From Raillietiella orientalis (taxonomy: Eukaryota): 64,000 nt of DNA. The translations under genes were made by a program, and so were the position numbers. How positions within the stretch are numbered: the stretch's first letter is position 1; the number at the start of each line of letters is the position of its first letter. The stretch is from positions 6,510,001-6,574,000 of the forward strand of contig JAYWIR010000002.1 in the NCBI GenBank assembly GCA_036172245.1, read 5' to 3'. The notes below the pieces were generated by a model. The model was given only the letters and a program-made list of their open reading frames with translations, had not been told where the DNA came from and did no database searches. Below are positions 1-13,099 of the stretch, one piece after another.

Positions 1-729
1 TTTTCCCATGGGGAAGAGCAGACCAGCGCACTCCACTACAAAATGGAATTCAGCAAGCTGCTTGGGAACTTTTCTGCAAGAGATGTTTCCATGCCGCCTT
101 TCTCGATAACCGGAATCAAACCACCTCCTATGAACCCGCTTGCATCGAACGGGTCCTTGATCATTCCCACGTAACGGTTTTGCTCTTCTGGAGGATTTCA
201 TGTGGGCCTGCTCTAAAAGAGGTGCTTTCAGTTATGCCTCGCTTCATCTAGAAGTATTCCTTGAAAGAATTATTGCCGCTCTCATCTGTGCTGCATATCA
301 GGAACCTACTCGAGATAGGAAGACTTCGTCACACTCTGCGATTCGGTGGTTGCGGTGAACTGCTTGGGTTTTCCTTGGAAATCTAACAGATCTAACAGAT
401 GAAGGATTATACGGAATGTCTTTTTGTACCCTTCAGACAGTCGCATCACTTTCTCCTACGAAATGAGCAGAATCGGATAGAGTGCCAGATCCGATTCTTT
501 TTATTTCATTCCGTTTTATGCTTTTTATGCTTTTCTTAAAATTCCCGGTAAAGATCATCTTGCTTGCCAATTTCAAACTCATAGGGACACACGAGATCCA
601 TCACTCGGAATGAAAAATTCAACGGTGGAGCCGCTCTCGTTAAAAATAATTTATAGCTTACAGCATCAAGTGACGATTGCTAACAGTGAGTGATTCTGGC
701 ATCTGAGGGCTCTTTGTAGTCGTGCATCT

Positions 730-1500
730 TCTTATGCAAGCGTCCGCACCTCAGCTTGCCAGGCCTTCATCAAGATTTCGTCACCAGAAATATCAGGAGA
801 GGCTTGGATCACTGTGCTGAATCGTCCACGTGCTTCGTGCTTGCATGCCGGGGACTCGAGGGCGGTCGGCAGGCTGAAAGTGCAGGCATTACAGGGAAAG
901 AGCACGCAAGCGAACGGATGGAAGACCGGCAAAATCCATGGCAACGTCCCCCTTTTGAGCTGCGGATGCTTGTGACTCATCACGGGGTGGACTTCGAAGG
1001 TTTCGTATTGTGCGTGCCTAAATCAGGAAGACGAGGTCGAAGAACCACTCAACAATCTTCATGAAAAAATTCTCGCTTGGCTATAAGGATGCGCGCTACA
1101 AATCTCCGTATTCGAATTGGCCTCTCCTTGGTCCGCCGGTTTGTGCGTATCGAAATCCTGCATCAACGGGCGCTTGCCCTTTCCACGGTATCGATTTCGA
1201 GCGTTGGTTTTCAATGTTCACAGGCTCCACGGACGTCAACAGATCAATGAGGACCGTAGCGTAGGAAAACAACCCGAGACTTATCTGTGTACCCCATCCT
1301 CCCCGTACGTGGTAATCCACGGCAGTGGATACGTTGAGCGCACGGAGGCAGGGCATCTGTCGCCATGCAAGTCCCGGTGCACGGATTGCGCCTTCCCGGC
1401 TACCTGGATCGGAACGTGGAGGTCCGCGTCCGGGGTGAAAGCAGAAAGTCTCAGGAAGCGAAAACGGCAACCCGAGTTTTGACTGCGGCAAGCTCGGCAC
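730..1500 (-). pseudogene. Vicilin-like (7S) cupin remnant, C-terminal cupin domain
   Basis: Minus-strand pieces 'EGAIRAP...YHVRGGWGTQI' and 'LKRG..W..PVFHPFA...GDEILMKAWQ' resemble cupin motifs (GAMxAPH..YVxRGxGxIQ; GDVFxxPRFHPMA...EILxxAF) in the right order. Frameshifted; match by eye only. Confidence 0.33.
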
Positions 1501-2749
1501 TCGAACGATCAGTGTGTTTTGTGTACACTGCTGAGAAATGAGCGAACCGTCTGTGCCTGTCGGCGTCTGAAACCAGGGAAACGAACGCAGATTGGCACGT
1601 CTGCTTGAAGGAGCAGATGAAAACCAAGAGTGTCGTCTCGGACCGGTGAGGACCTGGGCACGCTTTCAGCTCCCAACCTTGCCCATGAGGGCGCGAATGC
1701 GGAGGTTTATCAGAAAGAAAGGCATCGGAGGAAGCAAGGAAGCAACGGCTCCTCGGAGATCATCGCTGTGCGTGCAAAGCACCGAAAGATGCGATCCGGA
1801 AGAAGGTTGCAACATCCGTTGCAACTCAGGGCTTATTGAGACACGCTTTGACTTTTTCGTTGAGCTCCTTGGAATGAGCAGCTTCTCTCGAATGACGTCC
1901 GTGCTCTCAGATGACTTGGCTGATCTTCTTTAAAATGTAACTGCTCAGCCGTTGGTTCATGTACAACTCATAGAGCGATATAAATGCTGCTCTTAATAAC
2001 CGGACACTGAAGGAAGCTATTGGTCCAGAGGCCGGTTCCAGATCATCACGAGATGCGCTGATCACACGTGTGAGCTGTTGAGCTCGACGTTTGTACATTG
2101 CAGTTTCGAACGATATCTAGAGTTTGAGAATCCGTCCGCATAAACGGAGCGTCTAGGTGGATTTTTCTCAAATTGCATGCCTCCCTCGAGGAACGCAAGT
2201 GGTCTCGATTCTCCTGGCATTAGTATACAAGAAGAGTTCCATGAAACCGAAAAAGATCTCTGACGTTTCTACTTACTTATGATGACGAAAACGAAACGAA
2301 TACCGAAATCGATCATCCTCATCCTTAGCGAATGGAGCCAGGGGTCGACAACTTGCTTCGGAAACTAAGGCCAGCTAATCCAGAACCTGTAGCCTGAGGT
2401 CAAATCAGCTTTTAGAGCCGCACCTCTTTGCCCTTTTTTCTGTCCAGCTCTCTTCTTCATTCAGCTCGTCTGCCTTCCAGACTACTCTTAGAAACTGAAA
2501 GCTTCCTCTCACTTCCAGATGTCCCTTCATCCCAGGATTGGTGTACACACATGGACAAGAACTGCATTTTCACACGTAGCTTTGCTTAGCCTAACTGAAG
2601 GTCTTCCCTTCATGCGTTCCTCTCTGTGCCCTGTACCACAAGCAGAGCGATCCCCAGCGACGGATTTGTGCCCTTCCATTAGTAAGGATTGCCAGAGTTT
2701 CTAGATCTCCTCTTCTCCTCCAGCGGAAAAACTGCTGACATTTCTTTCA

Positions 2750-3820
2750 AAAATGTGGTCCATGATCTGCATCAACGGGACTTGGTCCGGCCGTTTGTAG
2801 CGAACAAAACAAATTGGAGATGCTGCCTTCGAAGCATTATTTGACCAGAAACCGCTAAGTATGATAGGAACCATGTTCTCCTGGAACTACCCATTATCAG
2901 CAAATTTCAAACCTCTTTCCAAATCCTTAATCAACCATTTGCCGAATTCCTCCTCATCCAGTTTTCCTAGTTCGGGCATTGAATTTTTTCCCCTTTCTCA
3001 GTAACGAACGTGAATAATCTTTCTGATGAATTGAAAAACATTCCCAAAGCATCGAAAGATGAATTTCTTCCAGGGTTGTATGAAACATTGCAGTTCCCTT
3101 CAATGGAGCGTAAACACATCCAGAGAAACCCGGTTACTCTCCAATTGAACAGATTGCTTGACTCTTTCCAGGGATCAAAAAAAAAATTCCGGAACGGGAT
3201 GAAACAAGCTTAGAGGAAGAGATGCTTAAGAACTCCAAAGACCAAAAAAGTTAGGAAAACATGGATTTGTTCGAGAATAAGCGTCAGGGTTTAGGGCATC
3301 AACATCAAATACCATGCTTTCAAAGTTAGTGGAAAGGTTGTAGGAAAAATTGCATTGACCGCTTTAGATATACAGAAATATTAGCGTTTTCCATGAACTT
3401 TGGAAAGGAGTTTCTCTCTTGAGTGGAATCCCATCTGCCTCAGATATCATTTGCACGCCACCTCCATAGCAGCAGCATTGTAACATGAAACCATAAATAA
3501 GTTCAGTTTCTCCAACGATAGCCATCCTCCTTGATCCTTCATTTTTCACAATCCCGTGCTTTGAACTTGGTAAATGGTGGTCTTTGCAAATTTGCAGGCA
3601 CCGAATTATCAGAATGTCTACCAGATGAGCGAGCAATTTGCACTTTTGCTGAGCGTCTTAAACAGAGAAGTTATTTCCGTAGACGATGACTTCTTTTTTG
3701 GAAGCACGACTGTGAAAATCAATACACAAGAACAAGCTGGCTGCATCTTCAGAGCTCTGGATGAGTGGAAACTCCTTGAGGTCTTGTGGAAGACGGACAC
3801 CGTCTGCAGAATCACACAAC
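2750..3820 (-). pseudogene. C-terminal part of a TORNADO1-like (LRR-Roc-COR) gene remnant
   Basis: Minus-strand 'KMKDQGGWLSL' (cf. HxVKDQxG) and, downstream, 'EFGKWLIKDLERGLKF' (cf. WLxxFLK..F) resemble the TRN1-like C-terminus. Many stops. Confidence 0.33.
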
Positions 3821-6800
3821 TCTACTTGTCCAAGGGCCGGAATCTCTGTTGCTCTGTTCATGCTCCATCGGAACATCTCCATTTGGAAAATACACTCCGG
3901 GGTCATCTGGTGACTCCCACAGGTCACCCGGTCCGTCCGCAGTCAAGGAACGAGGAAGAACCAGACGTCTCGTCAAGCAAGAGCTGCTCTTTCCGACTGC
4001 CTCTTTTGCGCACGAGGAATGTGCTTCGAGACCCACGCCGTCTCCCGCCCTGATTCAATCATGGATCCTGAAGGGAGTAATTTTCGGAAAAATCGGCGCA
4101 TAAGACACTCCGTGTCGGTGCATTTTAGCAGAGCTCCCTGCCAGCACGGTTAATGATGGAATCACTGATGCTTCATTTCGATGTTTTCTCGTTCGTGAGC
4201 TGAACTGGAATTCCGAGCAGGAAACTATCGTTCCTCATACATCCTTATCAGGAAGATTCGATTTGTATTGATGCGCAATCAGTCACACATCTGGAGATGT
4301 GATTAGGCCGTGCCCTGTAGATCAATTGTATGGTCTAAAGAGAGGCACATCGGAACGTCATCTGACTTGAGCGAACGAAACACATCTTACGCGTGCAACA
4401 CGACGTGCAGCATCTCGGTTGGATTATTCAGGGGCATGGTGGGAAGATTGGGAGGTGGTGGGAGCATTTTAGGGAGCCGCAAAACCAGCTGCAAGTCCCC
4501 TTCGGAGGAAGTTCTCAGTCGTGGTAGCGTTTCTAAGAAAATCCTTTCTAGATCCATCGAGTACGGTGGAAATCCGGTCCTCGAACTCTGCAGCAACAGT
4601 CACGATCTCGAGATGGAAAACAGTCCCAAAAAGTGTGGTCGGTTCTCGACAAATGCAGGTGCTTCCAAGGGATTCGCATCGTTTCCTCAGAATTCCTCTT
4701 CATGAGTGCCTTAGTGAGCGTCCACCAATGAATGATGAATAATCCTCGGTAAAAGATAACTCCTCATTACTTGTAATGCATACGTCTCTTCATCTGATTC
4801 CATCGTTAGCTGGTTTTTTTTTTTTTTTTTTGCATCTAAATCCCGTTTTTTGTTTGAAACTGCAAAGTTGTCCGACTCAAAGAGCATCTGTCAGCTTTGT
4901 TCTAGCTCAGCAACAGATGACATTCTTAGTGTCCTCGAGCAAAGGTGTCGGTTTTTTTCTATCAGTCATGGTTGTGAAACTTTATCGGGTCGCCGATGTG
5001 TCATGAGTCCTTTTGAAAGCGCGTTTTCACATTAATTTTCATTTGCCACCTGCTTGTAGTGAGTGGTGCATACGAAAGAAGGAACCACTCGAAAGCCACT
5101 CTTATAAACCATGAATCGTTCTTGCAAACTTCGCGGATGGTGGATAAATCACTTAGGGCTGCCGTCGCATTAGGAGCTACATCGAACTGAAGGGGTCGTA
5201 AAGAAAGAAAGCCACAGTAGCCACGATTTTCAGAAATTCACAGGATGCCATGCCACGTACTCAAGATTTAGCACGTATGTTTCTTCGTTCATAGGTACAC
5301 AAAATGAATTCGCACGCTTAGTATGAACGAATGGGCTTATTAATCATGGTACCAGTGGGAAGTTACGATGAGCTGCATAGTGACCCATGCCCTTCACAAG
5401 AAAAGGGTGGCTTTTTTTCAGGAGATCACACTCATTTTCCTGCACTCTCCCAGTTGAAGGATCAAACTATCTCCTTCCTGTCTTTAGGGAAAACCCCAAT
5501 CCTGCAGATACACAGGCAACAGGAATTGTGAACAGCAGCTTCATGTGGCTTATCTCGGTTTTTTGCTTTTTCATTCAGTAATTCCGCCTGAGACAAATCA
5601 ATTACGTTCTGTCTTCATCAGAGAGAACGATTTTGGTTTGCATATAGCGCTCATTTAAACAGGTGAGCTCTCTGAATCGAAAACTTCGATAGACTCATCC
5701 TTCTCGGGTTGCTTCCATTAAGAGCACAAATATTCAGAGAACAAATTGAGTTTGATCCACGAAGAATCCAGCAGCGAAATTTAAAAACCGATTTAATCAT
5801 CCTTTATGGAAAGGGATCCCGCTTTCGAGAAACTCTGTAGGAGGTATTTAGCTGCGGAGCTCCGAAAATTTCGCGTCATTTGTGGACGGCAGTTGTTCGT
5901 TCGCTGCCGCTGGGTGCCGCTCTATGCAAATGCAAGCATCTCCGTTCTCTTTGCAACCCCAGGACCATTTTTAACTTTTGAGGGAGCAAGAGTGCGCTTG
6001 GTCCGAGGACAGAACACAGCTTGCACGTCTCCACAGGCCGCGGGTTTTCTGCGCACTTTGGTTGTCTGCAGGATGGGGAGCGAAGCCTGTGCGCCCGAGT
6101 TTCCCAAAAATGCTCCTCAGACATTCTTAGAGCAACCGTCTCACTGGTTATCCTGAGCATCGGAACGTTCTTTGTGGTTTCGTTGGCCATGAAGCACATC
6201 CACAGGATGGTCATCAAGTAAACTGCTCGCGGATGGGGTTTGCGGCTGCATCGCTCTTGTCCACCTGATGTTCATGACCGTCAGACACTGATAAACGGCA
6301 ATTCAATCCTGCTGGCTCCATGGATTTTCCTTCAGCAAGACGTTCGGAGCACCTCGATTCTAACAGGTTGCTGGACCTCAGCATTGGCATTTTCACTACG
6401 ATTTGCTCCGTGGTATTTGTGCTTGAAGACATCGACAAAGTTCCAAGATAAACATGATATTTCCGACTCTCTGGTCTTATCAATCGACATGCTGGAATTC
6501 AGTCACTCTTTTGCAGCAACAATTCTTTCCCTGAAGAAGCACATCGCTTTTTTTTGGTTTGTGTGCTTCCTGCTCCCAAGCATTTTGCAGCTATGAAGGA
6601 AACATGCGCTTCTAGATAATTGACACGTTCCCTTTTTCGTTTTTCCTGAGACCTTCGAAGAACTCCAAGGAAGACTTCTGACTGCGGTGACTTGTAGTCC
6701 GCATCTCCTTGCCCGCTAGCATTCGGAGAGGCTGTGAGCACTCGGCGTGGAAATTCGTTTCCTTAGAAGCGGGTTCGAAGTGTACCCTGGAGTCCGACGT

Positions 6801-7609
6801 GGACGTGGCAGGGAACGCAGTAGGAGAAGAAGCAATAGGTGCGGTCGGTGAGGGCCGTCCACCGCCCTCCACCCCAACGGGGTTGCGAAAGTGCGCGTTT
6901 GAGAAGAGGTGTGCCAGTTTTTCCCTCCTTGGCCGCTTCCATGTGCGTCCAGTATCTACAAGAGTGGAGCACAGGGAACATCATCACATGTGTTGTGCAG
7001 TTTTCTTGTGCGTGCTCATTGAATCCCTCGAATGTTTCGTAAATTCAGCGCATCCATATGAATCAACATATTATATTTGCTACTGATAATCGAAAGTTTG
7101 CTTCCCATAATTAGCGTTTCATATTTAGAATTTTTGCTCGCCATGACCAAGTTGAACTGAAGCAAGAAGGAACCTTCCCTCAAACTATGACAGCAACTCC
7201 GAAGATTTTGCAAGCCGGTTCTTCGGTAATTTAGCACACCCCGTTTTTGAGCAGTGCAGGCAGAGGACCGTTGCCTAAAGCTTTTCCAGATTCGGTGTTC
7301 GCTTTGCGGCGCACAGGAAGCCAGGTCACAAACCCTCGCTCACAAAATCCTGAGAGAAAAGTGCCGTTGGGTACGAGACCACTCGCAGAAATTCATCTCC
7401 ACCTCCTACATGAACCCCCATTTTGAAGAATTGCGTTTTCACAGGTTCATTATTACTTGTTTCCATTACTTCTTGTATTCAGCAATCATTTTCGAAAACT
7501 TAAAATGATAAATAAAAAATATGGCACCATCTTTGGGATGCTGGAAGTTTGCTTAGTCCATGCCAAAAGATTTCTCAACTACAATTGAGCAATGCTGCAA
7601 GCCATCAGC

Positions 7610-8115
7610 TTATTTCATTTGCGGTTGTTCGAGAACAGATAGGCGGGGTCTGATACTTAGCAATGAGGTGACCCTCTTTAAAGGCCGCAGATATTGAAAC
7701 ATTGGATGCATGCAGAATGTTCGGATCATAATGTCATCCAATTTATTCACGAGATCACCTAATTTTTTTCCGCAGCTAAATCCGTCACGAGGAGTTCTAA
7801 GGTCCCCAAAGCGTAAAGACATCTCAAAACACTTCCACCTTGAATTCGTAGCCATCTCATCGCGGGGATCACACGGGAAACGACCTTGTAAAACTGATCG
7901 AGCATCTCATGCAATACATCTTCGATAAGTTGCTTTCGGTTCCGTACCGACCTCATTACAAACAAGAAGCCAAATTCAATTCTGATTTTTCCATCGACCC
8001 CGGAATTGGGCACATTATCTAATAACTGTTGAGCCAATTCACTCGACCGGCCGTAAAAACATCCGGGATCTGTAGTTCCACAGGACTGCTGATTTGTTTT
8101 ACATCGACCGGGCAT
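7610..8115 (-). pseudogene. COR-domain segment of a TORNADO1-like ROCO gene remnant
   Basis: ORFs 7759-8115 ('TTDPGCFYGR', cf. LTPGFFPR) and 7610-7855 ('IRTFCMHP...LLSIRPRLSV', cf. IRxFCASP...GIIRPxCV) are in different frames. Confidence 0.45.
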
Positions 8116-9099
8116 CAGCTCTCTCTATGAATCTTTTTATCTGGTAATGGCAAGTCTCAACACAAACCAGATGGATGCATAAATAGAATCATAAGCCACG
8201 ATCGTATAGACGAATAATGCGCGGTGGCAGGCGGGCACGTCAGTTTTCGGGTTTTGATCCCCATGCTGAAGCAGCCATTAAAAGAGCATGGAATTGGGGT
8301 GAAAACTGAATGCTCCATTACTTTGTATTCTTCCTGTCTTTGCTCGAGTGTGGGACGTCCGTTTAAAGCGCAGCTCTGCAGGCGTCCCAGGCCTCAGGAC
8401 GGAAGCCTCACTGGACTGTTTGGTGAATCGCTACGAGATCTTTCCCCTGCCACATCACATACATCACTCTCGAGTATGGTGGCTGCTTGTGGAAATTTGT
8501 CAGACAACGCTTGTAGTTTTTGAATCTTTCGCAGTATTTCATTTTTTCGCGTGTGTTGTTGTTGTTGTTGTTTCCGTGTTGAGGATTGCTTTAGGGGGCG
8601 GCTTGTCGAAACGTCCGTAAATTGCAAGGGTCTTTCCTTGAAGTGGTCTTTTGTTTCGGCCCTCCACCCAAACTACGCGCGGTTCCGTATCCGGAGTGCT
8701 GCGGCCATGTTTCCCTGCGCCAGGACCACACGCCAATGCCATCGAGCCATCGACTGGTCCTAGCTCTTTTTCCCTTGTCACGATGTCCCTTTCCGATCTC
8801 TATAACATCATGCGTTGTCCTGAGCATCTCATTTGAAAGGAAAATCGGATGGACCGCAGCAAGCGTCTCTTCCAAGCGTTTCAGATCTGCATGGGGAAAG
8901 CGCTATCTCCGGCAGCAGCGATTCCTTCATCCTGGACGGCCACTCTGTTTTATCGGGAAAGAGACCACCTTGCTTGACCACCTTGCCGGCTTCATCTTTC
9001 AGCACATATGCAGCTCGATGGACTGCTAAAATATCTGGGGGAAACCTTCACAACCCTGTCATTTCTTGCTGAACTGGAGATTAAAAGTTATTTTCTGTC

Positions 9100-10260
9100 G
9101 CCGAGTTGTTTTGCATGCGAATCGAAATCGCGATTATCCAAGTTCCCGATTTTAAGCACCGATTTTCGGGATAAAACTCTGAAAAGGAGGTATGCCGAAA
9201 ATCCCTGCCTCCTGCCTGCAAGTCGCAAGGCCTGTGCTGATTTCTGCTCTCTCGAGATATCTCCGCTGAAGTCAAATCGAAGGGAGTGTTTTATCTGATT
9301 CTAGGTCACGCAAATTTTATCTTAATTCCTGCTTCCATATGACCCGAGATCTCTCTACTGTTTATGGGACGAAATCAATATGCAGTCAGTTTCGATGGAA
9401 AATGGAAACCCGATAATTCCAGACGGTGAGGATTCCAGAGGAAATCCATCACCGAGGAAAAGTTCTAGCGGGTCTTCGTCATGAGGGCTGGAGGTCACAT
9501 GAGGTCTCACTGACACCAGAGGGATGAAAGAAACTTTCGACAATTCCGACTTTCGACAATTGTGGAGAGACTCCATAGTTCATAGAGGGTGATGCGCGTC
9601 TTTTACGTGCGCCGTTTGAATCCAGTTCGCGGGTAGATGGTTTGTTCTTGTCACGTAACGGACCAGAGAAACTCTTAGTAAATATGTGGTCTCCATCTTT
9701 CACGGTCAGTCCGTTCACGGAAACAATTCTCCAGAATTCCAACCAGCAGGGAAAAATGCGAAGCATTTCCCGCTGCGTTCCTCCTTGGACTTTCGAATGT
9801 CGTGTGCGTAATTTGAAAACTCGTAGGTGAATGCTGCTGCTGAAGATGACCAGCAAAGCTGATTCCTCCATCCAGAAAAGTCGTTCCTTCCAGCTGTGGG
9901 CGTGCTGGCAGAGAGAGCGCGGCTTTTGAGTGCGCTTCAATCAACAGATCTTGTTAGCTTTTAATCTACCGGAGATCTGCTTTTGTGCTTCATGTTTGCA
10001 GGACCCGCCGACGGACACAGCAGTGTCTGGGCTTTCGCGGCCATCCTTTTGGTGCTCGCAGTGAGTGCTGCAGTCACTTGTGAGGATGCGCTCAAATCCT
10101 CTTTTGGCTCCGGCCGTTTTACTGCAGTCCGGCAGCTCACCTTTGGAAAACACGGCAACCACCCGATGCGTGCATGTCGAAGTCGCTCCTCCGATGCCTC
10201 TCGTTACTCCAGGATCTTCTGATGTGACCTGGAGAGGATTCGAGCGTCGTTTCTGATGAA
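9100..10260 (-). pseudogene. Receptor-like kinase domain remnant
   Basis: Ordered kinase subdomain echoes on the minus strand: 'VAVFSKGELPDC' (VYEYxxKGSL), 'KHEAQKQISGRLKANKI/LLIEAHSKAAL' (YLHE..IIHRDLKAxNILLD), 'WLEFWRIVS' (LLEIVS) and 'EQKSAQALRLA'. Confidence 0.45.
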
Positions 10261-10323
10261 TGCACGGAAAAATTGGATTACTTGATACGCTGCTCGTGCC
10301 TGCATTTTCATTGGTTTTATGCT

Positions 10324-10600
10324 TCAGTTCACTTGAAATCCTGAAGGCAGGAGAACTTTTATTTGAGGATGGATGTAGCTGCAGAATCCCAGGATTCTGA
10401 ACTTTTTCATGCTGTTTCCGCGTACAAGATTTATACCCTTCCTTGCGAATTGTCTCGGCAATAATCCTTGTGTTTCCATTAGCTTGATTCCTTCCTTTGG
10501 AAAGAAGTCACTCCATTCTCCCAGCTCGGTCAACAACTTCATAAAGGCTTGAAATCAGAAGATCATTCTCAAACTGCGGCCTGATGCTGCGTAGATTCTC
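10324..10600 (-). pseudogene. Possible N-terminal COR segment of the TORNADO1-like remnant
   Basis: 'QAFMKLLTELGEW..FP...LMETQGLLPRQFARKGINL' resembles COR 'YLHDLGEIxYF...ILDPxW...FxGKLI'. Confidence 0.33.
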
Positions 10601-11025
10601 TGCCTGAGTGTTTATTAACAGTCCGCGTTATGTGCTTTCGTGAATGGGATTCCAAACAGGATCATGAAACAAATGCCCTCGTCTCTAAGGGAACAAAGCA
10701 CTACAGATTCCATGAGCAGAGCGCAGATAAATTAGCATTCAAAATTACCATCTGAATTCGTTTATCACTTCTTAACATGCACATCTGCTATTGTGAAGTT
10801 CATTCCTTCTTTGAGTGCATGTTCTGGTGTGCCGCCATGATGACTCCCATTAGATGCTCCTTCGTCCTCGTCTTTAGAGAACATTACTATCAAAATGCCT
10901 CTTCCCATATTTTTGTTGCCGATGGGGATTTCCAACTAACCATCACATCCATATTTCGTAAAAAGTCTTGTGAGATCTTGCCCTGCACTCACGGAACGCC
11001 GGCATTGATGGAAAATGATGCAAGA

Positions 11026-11761
11026 TTCAAGATAGGGGGCACCCCGAAAGGGGGGTTCCGCCTATGAATCCAGGAAGATTTGGAGTCGGTTCCTCTCACG
11101 CTTGGGACCCTGATTGACTCCGAAGGGAATCTCCTTCCTCATTCTCTCCGGAGAGAGCACCCCGGAAGGAGGGTGGTCCTCTGCATTTCATCTTCTCCGA
11201 AGGGAACCCGGAAAGGATCCGCTAGTAGGAATTTCTTCTCCGGAGAGAACACGCGAAGGAACCGCTCCTGTTCACTCCTCTGAAGAGAACCCCGAAGGGA
11301 CTCTTCCGAAACTCAGAAGGGGCGCCGCAGCTTCCCGCAGGGGAATGGCACTCTCTTGCTTCCTTGCACTCTGTGAAGAGGTCCCCCCCCCGCAACAGAG
11401 GAGGTCCGCTCCTTTGAACAACTGGAGAGGTGCTTGTGAAGGCTGCTGCTCCATCTTGAAACCGGAAGGGTTCTCCTGGTGTGGGGGGTCCGCTCTCCGT
11501 TGTACGAACGGAGGGGGAACTCCCCACTCCCTGATTCCTAGAAGGACCCGAAGGTCGACTCCCATTGTTCCGGCCTTCATCGGGGGCCTCCGACTTTATC
11601 CACCGCCGGTGCCACGCCCGAATGTCTCGGCCAACCAGCGCCATTGCAGGAGAAACTCGGGATCCAACGACGCAGTGGCGTCGGTTTCTGCCGCAGTATT
11701 CGAACCCGCGACGCATGGTGCCACGCGCGGAAGCCTTAACCACAGAGCCTCCGACGCAGGC
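11026..11761 (-). mobile_element. tRNA-headed SINE-like element, copy A (3' end missing)
   Basis: Direct repeat of 56259-57003. The minus strand starts GCCTGCGTCGG, with A-box-like AGGCTCTGTGG (11740-11750) and B-box-like GGTTCGAATAC (11696-11706). Homology to copy B stops at ~11026, before the tail. Confidence 0.8.
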
Positions 11762-13099
11762 CGAGGTTAGGAAATTGATGTTTCGCATTCAGTTTATCAT
11801 GTAGAAGAAATAGTGGAAGATTTTTTCCAACAAAAGGAAACACCAAAGTTTTCACCAATCGAACATTTGATAGTAGCAGAGTTCTTCTAATCTTTGTCAT
11901 CGCCTTAGCATTCCGTAACTCCGGCACACCAACACCTATCGGCACAACTTCCAAGAACCTCTTCATAAGCACCCAACTGTCACGAACCCGTTTAAGGAAA
12001 ACTCTAATGTATATATATAATCACCATTAGGATTCACAGGAAAATTAACTCAGCAATGAAAAGTAACTTCTAAACCTAGGAGCCACTGATCGTTTGGGAG
12101 GACGTACCAAGGTGATCACGATATTCCAATTAGCACTGAGGGTAATAAAATGCCAGAAATGGTGCTGTCGTCTTTTCATCACCGTCCACGTATGACACAC
12201 ATTGGAGAAGAGTTAGCTAAGCCTCCACCATTAAGCAAAATGGGTGAAAAAATTATGCGCACTCCATTTGCTTGCAATCGAAAGATCTGCCTTCCGTTGC
12301 CACTCTGGTTTGCCGGGACTCAACATGAGAAAATCCATTCTGAAAATGGAGGAGGGATCAATATTTTGAAAAGAACGGACTGATTAGGATTGGATCCTTG
12401 CAATAAGAACATCCCTAAAAGCAGAGAGGGATGTCTGGTGTTTAGAATCGAAACCGAGGATTCTCTTCAGTCCTATTTACAAAATTCTTAGAAAGAAGAC
12501 GAATTTCAAGCACTCTAAACCCATACGTAATCCGTCTTAGTTTTGGTTTCCATTTTCTCGCTTGCGAGCATCCTCTTCTTCGAAGAGTGATGTTCCGTCC
12601 ATCTTCTTTTAGAGGGCAAGTTCTTGAGAACAGTTGGTGCCTTTAGACTGCTTCCCTTGAAAGAAGATTCGCTTGTTTGAAAATGTCGTCGTCATCAGGG
12701 AATCCTCTTTATGGTGCAGCAGCGTGATCGGGGACAGTGCCCCAAAATAGCATCGATGTCAGCGTGGGAGTAACCAGAAAGAGTCCTTGACAAATGCTGG
12801 CTTTCCTACTGACGTCAAGGAACACAAACGTGGATTGTCACGGGATCGGCGGACGATGGCCACAAACGCAGAAAAAGCGCTCTCAAATAACACTGCAGCA
12901 GCATTCCTGGCAATCATAATAACGATCAAGTAGCTAATATATGCTATGAGAACAGATGAACCATGAATTTTAACTGCTAATGCTAGAGGACGCGATCCTC
13001 TTTATGAGGTGCACAGTCTCGAGCACACACTTGTCCATCAGTGGATTCTTAACGGGTGCAGAAAATGTCCATCTTTGGGATTGTCTGATCAATTCTGTT

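Noticed and set aside
11280..11312. Hammerhead ribozyme core (CTGAAGA...GAAAC), suggesting a retrozyme
   Set aside because: Stem II does not form in register, because GAAGAG pairs with CTCTTC and sequesters the core. Copy B reads CTGAAGG, and the motif is opposite to the Pol III strand.
11690..11761. Functional tRNA gene
   Set aside because: Only A/B-box-like motifs are present, there is no convincing cloverleaf, and it is fused to a repeat body in several copies.
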